NCBI GenBank assembly: GCA_963716725.1
Contig: CAVQUB010000015.1
Span: forward strand, 288,001-352,000
Source of the DNA: an uncultured delta proteobacterium
GTDB lineage: Bacteria > Myxococcota_A > Polyangia > Polyangiales > Polyangiaceae
Reading direction: 5' to 3'
DNA length: 64,000 nucleotides
Of the stretch, positions 60,547 to 64,000 are shown in pieces. The position numbers were made by a program, and so were the translations under genes. Under the pieces are notes generated by a model. That model did not search any database and was not told where the DNA came from. It worked only from the letters and a program-made list of their open reading frames with translations. The number at the start of each line of letters is the position of its first letter. The first letter of the stretch is position 1.

Positions 60547-61701
60547 TCACTTCTTCGGCACGTTCGGACGGATCTGGTGGACGTTCACCGTGTTTGCGAA
60601 GATCTCCACGCTCTTCTCGGCGAACTTCACGGCCTCGGTGTCGCTCTCGCTGAGGCGGCCCCAGTACTCGATTCGGTACTTGTTGCCGGCCTTGGGCTGA
60701 CCGGCAGCGTTCGATGGGGCGTTGGCGATGACAAAGAGCGACTGGCGATAGTCCGTGTAAGCGCACTTCACGTTGGGCAACGAGCCGTCGAAGTAGACGT
60801 AGCGCACGTCGCGCTCGCAGCTGCCTGGTTCGAGCTCTTTGGTGGCGTCCTCGTCGAAGAACTTTACCCGAGCGCCGCCGACGTCGTCGCCGACGCAGTC
60901 GCGGATCGGGCCGGTGATCACGGCCAGATCTTCCGGCGGGCTCCAGCCGGCGAGGGTCACGACCGCGCTGGTGAGCTGCGCGTAGGTGTCCGGCGTGAGG
61001 GTGGCGCCCTCGACCTTCCCGGGCGCTGCTGGCACGTCGTAGCCGAAGCCGACGAACTCCTTGGCGACGCCGGGCTTCTCTTTGACGCGGTACGAGAGGT
61101 ACTTGCCCGCCGGGTGAGGGAAGTAGAACTCGCCGATGTTCAGGCCCGGTTCGCTCGTGTGGTGATCGGAGCCCTTGGTGAAATCGGTGAGGAAGGGCGT
61201 CTTGCCGAAGATCGTCTCGCCGTCGAAGAGCTCGACCTCGATGTCGGCCACGCCCTTGTCGCTCGAGAAATCCAGCACGGCGAACTTGTTCTTGTCGGCG
61301 TTGCTGCCCGCGTCGGTATCGCCTCCGTCGGTATCGCCCGCGTCGGAGGCTCCGCCGCCGGCGCCTGCGCTGCCGCCTGCTCCGCCGGTGCCACCGGTGC
61401 CGCCGGTGCCGCCGCCGCCCGTGAGGCAGGACCAGTCCGGGGCGATCAGCTTGTCGTTCGTGTCGCGCTTCTTCATCACCGGCAGCGTCGTGCCGCAGCA
61501 CTCCGGCGGAGCGCCGCCCTTGCAGGTGCCGGGGAAGCCCAGCGGCGTCGGCCCGCAGGTCCCGCCTTCGCTGCCGCCCTTGCCGCCGGTGTTGCCCCCA
61601 CCGCCGCCGCCGCCGCCGTCTTCGTCACCGCCGCATGCGTATGCCGCGAGCGACAGCGCGCCGGCCAGAACCACCCCCACCACCTTAGCTGCACGAATCA
61701 C
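60547..61701 (-). CDS. Gly/Asp-linker lipoprotein with beta-sandwich domains
   Basis: Lipobox AYAC, Gly-rich and DAG linkers, and IRDCVGDDVGGA. Confidence 0.7.
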   Translation of the reverse strand: MIRAAKVVGVVLAGALSLAAYACGGDEDGGGGGGGGNTGGKGGSEGGTCGPTPLGFPGTCKGGAPPECCGTTLPVMKKRDTNDKLIAPDWSCLTGGGGTGGTGGTGGAGGSAGAGGGASDAGDTDGGDTDAGSNADKNKFAVLDFSSDKGVADIEVELFDGETIFGKTPFLTDFTKGSDHHTSEPGLNIGEFYFPHPAGKYLSYRVKEKPGVAKEFVGFGYDVPAAPGKVEGATLTPDTYAQLTSAVVTLAGWSPPEDLAVITGPIRDCVGDDVGGARVKFFDEDATKELEPGSCERDVRYVYFDGSLPNVKCAYTDYRQSLFVIANAPSNAAGQPKAGNKYRIEYWGRLSESDTEAVKFAEKSVEIFANTVNVHQIRPNVPKK

Positions 61702-61797
61702 GCTGATGCCTCCGCGTTGTGCGAGCGACGAGCCCGCCGTCGCCCACGACGCTGAGGGTTCTAACAGATGCGCTGAGGTTCGGCACGCGCGCGATTT

Positions 61798-62700
61798 TTA
61801 CCTACGCCGGGCCGGCCTGCATCGGCGACGCCGCGCACGGGCGAGGCCGAGCGCCCCGAGCCCGAGCCCGAGCGCCCAGCCCCCGGCGGTCCCGGCGCTG
61901 CCCGGCGCGGTGCTGCAACAGCCCGTGTCTTCCAGGGGTTCACCGCAGTCGATGGAAAAGCCGTGGCGCGGCGTCGGATCGCAAGAGCTGGTGTCCTTGC
62001 CGGGAGGGTAGATGGCGCAGATGCCAGCCACGTCGTCGGCCTCGAGGGTACGCAGGCCCGTCTCGCCGAACTGGTAGCTGGCGTACATGGTGGCGAGCTT
62101 GTCGCACGAGTGGGACAAGCCCAAGAAGTGTCCGGCTTCGTGCGCGATGATCGACGAGAGATCCGCCTGCACCTGGGTATCGCCGACCGTGAGCGGCACC
62201 TCGATGGAATTGATCTCGACGTCCGAGTCGTAGATCTCACCGGTCTTGACGTTGTAGGTCACGGTGGTCAGCGCGAGCGTGGAGCCGCTGCCGGCGTAAG
62301 GCCAGGCGTCGTCTCGGTACATCCAGACGTTCGCGTTGGGCGAGTCTTGGTTGTACTCCTGCTGGCCGCAGACGACCTCTTGGGTTCGGTAGATGTCCAG
62401 GGACGGCGGTGCGCCGCCGCAGTCCACCGCGATCCATTGGGCGAGGGCCTGCTCGACCAGCTGTCCGGTGGTCGCCGCCGAGATCCCGCGCAGCGTCGTT
62501 CCCGACACCTGCGTCGAGAACGAGGTGCAGCCGCCCGGCCAGTACAGCGGCAAGCCCCCGGTCAAGCAGTACGCGCACTCGGGTGCGGCCTGGCACTGAC
62601 CGGGGCTGCAGGTGGTCGTGCGACAGAAGGCTCGAGCGTGCTCCGCGGCCAGCGACAGCCCGAGCCCGAGCCCGAGGCAGAGCCAGCGACTAGCGCGCAT
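61798..62700 (-). CDS. Matrixin-like (M10) metalloprotease with MYXO-CTERM
   Basis: AHEAGHFLGLSH, Met-turn ATMY, DDVAGICAIY and a GCCS...RRRR tail. Confidence 0.88.
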   Translation of the reverse strand: MRASRWLCLGLGLGLSLAAEHARAFCRTTTCSPGQCQAAPECAYCLTGGLPLYWPGGCTSFSTQVSGTTLRGISAATTGQLVEQALAQWIAVDCGGAPPSLDIYRTQEVVCGQQEYNQDSPNANVWMYRDDAWPYAGSGSTLALTTVTYNVKTGEIYDSDVEINSIEVPLTVGDTQVQADLSSIIAHEAGHFLGLSHSCDKLATMYASYQFGETGLRTLEADDVAGICAIYPPGKDTSSCDPTPRHGFSIDCGEPLEDTGCCSTAPGSAGTAGGWALGLGLGALGLARARRRRCRPARRR

Positions 62701-63250
62701 TCCACGCCTTCCGCACCACGCCCGTCGCCTCGGAGACCCGCCGGCCCGACAGCTCCTTCACCGCGCCATCGCCCAACAGCTCGGAGAGTCGCGGGCTCGG
62801 CGCCGTGCGATGTTCACCCGACGGATCCCGTTGAATCGGGTAGTGACCTTGGGCCAGGGCGGTGACCGCAAAGACGCCCTCGGCCGTGGGCGTCAGGAAC
62901 ACGAGCATCGGCTGGTTCAGGAGCAAGACCGCCTCGCCGTGCACCACCTGTCCGATGTCCCCGACCTGCCCGCCGAGGGTGCGGACCATGATCTCGGCTC
63001 CGTCAGCGGGGCCACCGACCACCTCGTCGATACGCAGACGACTGGTCGTGACGATGCGGCGGCGCCCGCCGACGTGTTGCCAGCGGCCCTCCGCCGACAG
63101 GGTCGTGGCGACCAGGCAGCGGTCGCTGGCCCGGACCAGCTCGCGCAGGCTCAGCGCCCGGGCGACGCCGGCGGTGGCGGGTCGCCCCGGCAGCGTGAGC
63201 GCGGTGCTGGTCGCGCCCATCAGCCACAAAAACCGCCGCCGTCCCAGCAT
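62690..63250 (-). CDS. Exported hypothetical protein with twin-arginine-like signal
   Basis: GRRRFL signal, LSLRELV.ASD and TLGGQVG; overlaps the matrixin start. Confidence 0.7.
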   Translation of the reverse strand: MLGRRRFLWLMGATSTALTLPGRPATAGVARALSLRELVRASDRCLVATTLSAEGRWQHVGGRRRIVTTSRLRIDEVVGGPADGAEIMVRTLGGQVGDIGQVVHGEAVLLLNQPMLVFLTPTAEGVFAVTALAQGHYPIQRDPSGEHRTAPSPRLSELLGDGAVKELSGRRVSEATGVVRKAWNAR

Positions 63251-63320
63251 GTCGCGGGAGCCTAGCACGCCCCCCCGCTTTCGCTCGACTGCGCTATAAG
63301 AGACGGCCTCGCACGGCTCG

Positions 63321-64000
63321 ATGACGACCTCCTCTTCCACGCCCTCAGTGGGCCCGTTGCTCACGCGTGTGTCTCCCGAGCTCGGGCCGGAGCTCGGCCG
63401 CTACGTGGTTCGTCACCGCGCCGAGGTCGAAGCGATGATCCGCACGGGGGGGCGCGAAGCCGGGCTGCCCGCGGCCCGTCGCTACGCCAAGGTCTTCGAT
63501 GGCCTGCTCGGTGCGCTCTTCGGAGCCGTCGAAGCCACGATGCGAGGGTCCGGCGGGTGGCAGCCGGTGGCCCTGGCGGCGGTGGGCAGCTTCGGGCGCG
63601 GCGCGGTGGCCTTCGCCAGCGATCTCGACGTGCGCCTGCTGCCCGTCGGCGGCGTGCCCGAGCGAGCCCAGCCCATCGCCGAGGCGCTCTTGTATCCGCT
63701 CTGGGACACCGGGCTGTCGGTGGGTCACCAGGTCGTCGCGCCGGACGACGTGATCGATCTGGCACGAAGCGACTTGCCGACGGCAACGAGTTTGCTCGAC
63801 TGGCGCCATGTCGCCGGTGATCGCGACGCCAGCGCGCGGCTGCTCGAACGCGTCTTCGAAGGGCTGTTCGGGATCGGCGAGATCCGCGCGTTCTTGGAGC
63901 GGCTGGGGGCGCGCGCCCAGGATCGTCGCGACAGATTCGGTGGCTCGGTCTATCTGCTCGAGCCCGACGTCAAGAACGGTCCCGGCGGCATCCGTGATCT
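63321..64000 (+). CDS. glnD: [Protein-PII] uridylyltransferase, 3' end outside window
   Basis: ALAAVGSFGRG...SDLD, LYPLWD.GL.VGH and LLEPDVKNGPGGIRD. Absent from the ORF track because there is no stop in the window. Confidence 0.88.
   Translation, partial: MTTSSSTPSVGPLLTRVSPELGPELGRYVVRHRAEVEAMIRTGGREAGLPAARRYAKVFDGLLGALFGAVEATMRGSGGWQPVALAAVGSFGRGAVAFASDLDVRLLPVGGVPERAQPIAEALLYPLWDTGLSVGHQVVAPDDVIDLARSDLPTATSLLDWRHVAGDRDASARLLERVFEGLFGIGEIRAFLERLGARAQDRRDRFGGSVYLLEPDVKNGPGGIRD

Overview
High-GC bacterial DNA that looks myxobacterial (Polyangiaceae-like). This is inferred from MYXO-CTERM-type C-termini, many Gly-rich lipoproteins, Cys-rich repeat proteins and a giant TPR protein. About 50 CDSs are present, including hutU, an S9 peptidase, an NTT-like/HEAT transporter with a cNMP partner, two M15 peptidases, Lhr, an ECF sigma factor, a B12 radical SAM enzyme, a subtilisin, dinB, XPB/Bax1-like genes, speD, a PilT-like ATPase, bioB, an ArnT-like glycosyltransferase, lpxB, a matrixin and glnD (partial). 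There are two tRNAs, Leu-CAG and Phe-GAA. The ORF track misses several things. (1) Two genes are broken by an in-frame TGA, each followed by a hairpin with the same GGTCT loop, which fits a bacterial SECIS. They are probable selenoproteins: a small membrane protein and an exported thioredoxin-fold UPGC lipoprotein. (2) A B12-binding radical SAM enzyme has a C-terminal tail with an internal lipoprotein-like signal and repeated V-[A/V]-D-[P/A]-x-P motifs, a candidate self-modifying, RiPP-like system. (3) A ~1 kb toxin-antitoxin islet without an integrase is bounded by a perfect 36-bp duplication of the tRNA-Phe 3' end, and a second TA pair lies next to tRNA-Leu. (4) A gene-end duplication brackets another small islet. 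At least five genes, including lpxB, carry single-base frameshifts, so the assembly is probably indel-prone. All calls come from reading motifs by eye; no database searches were run.
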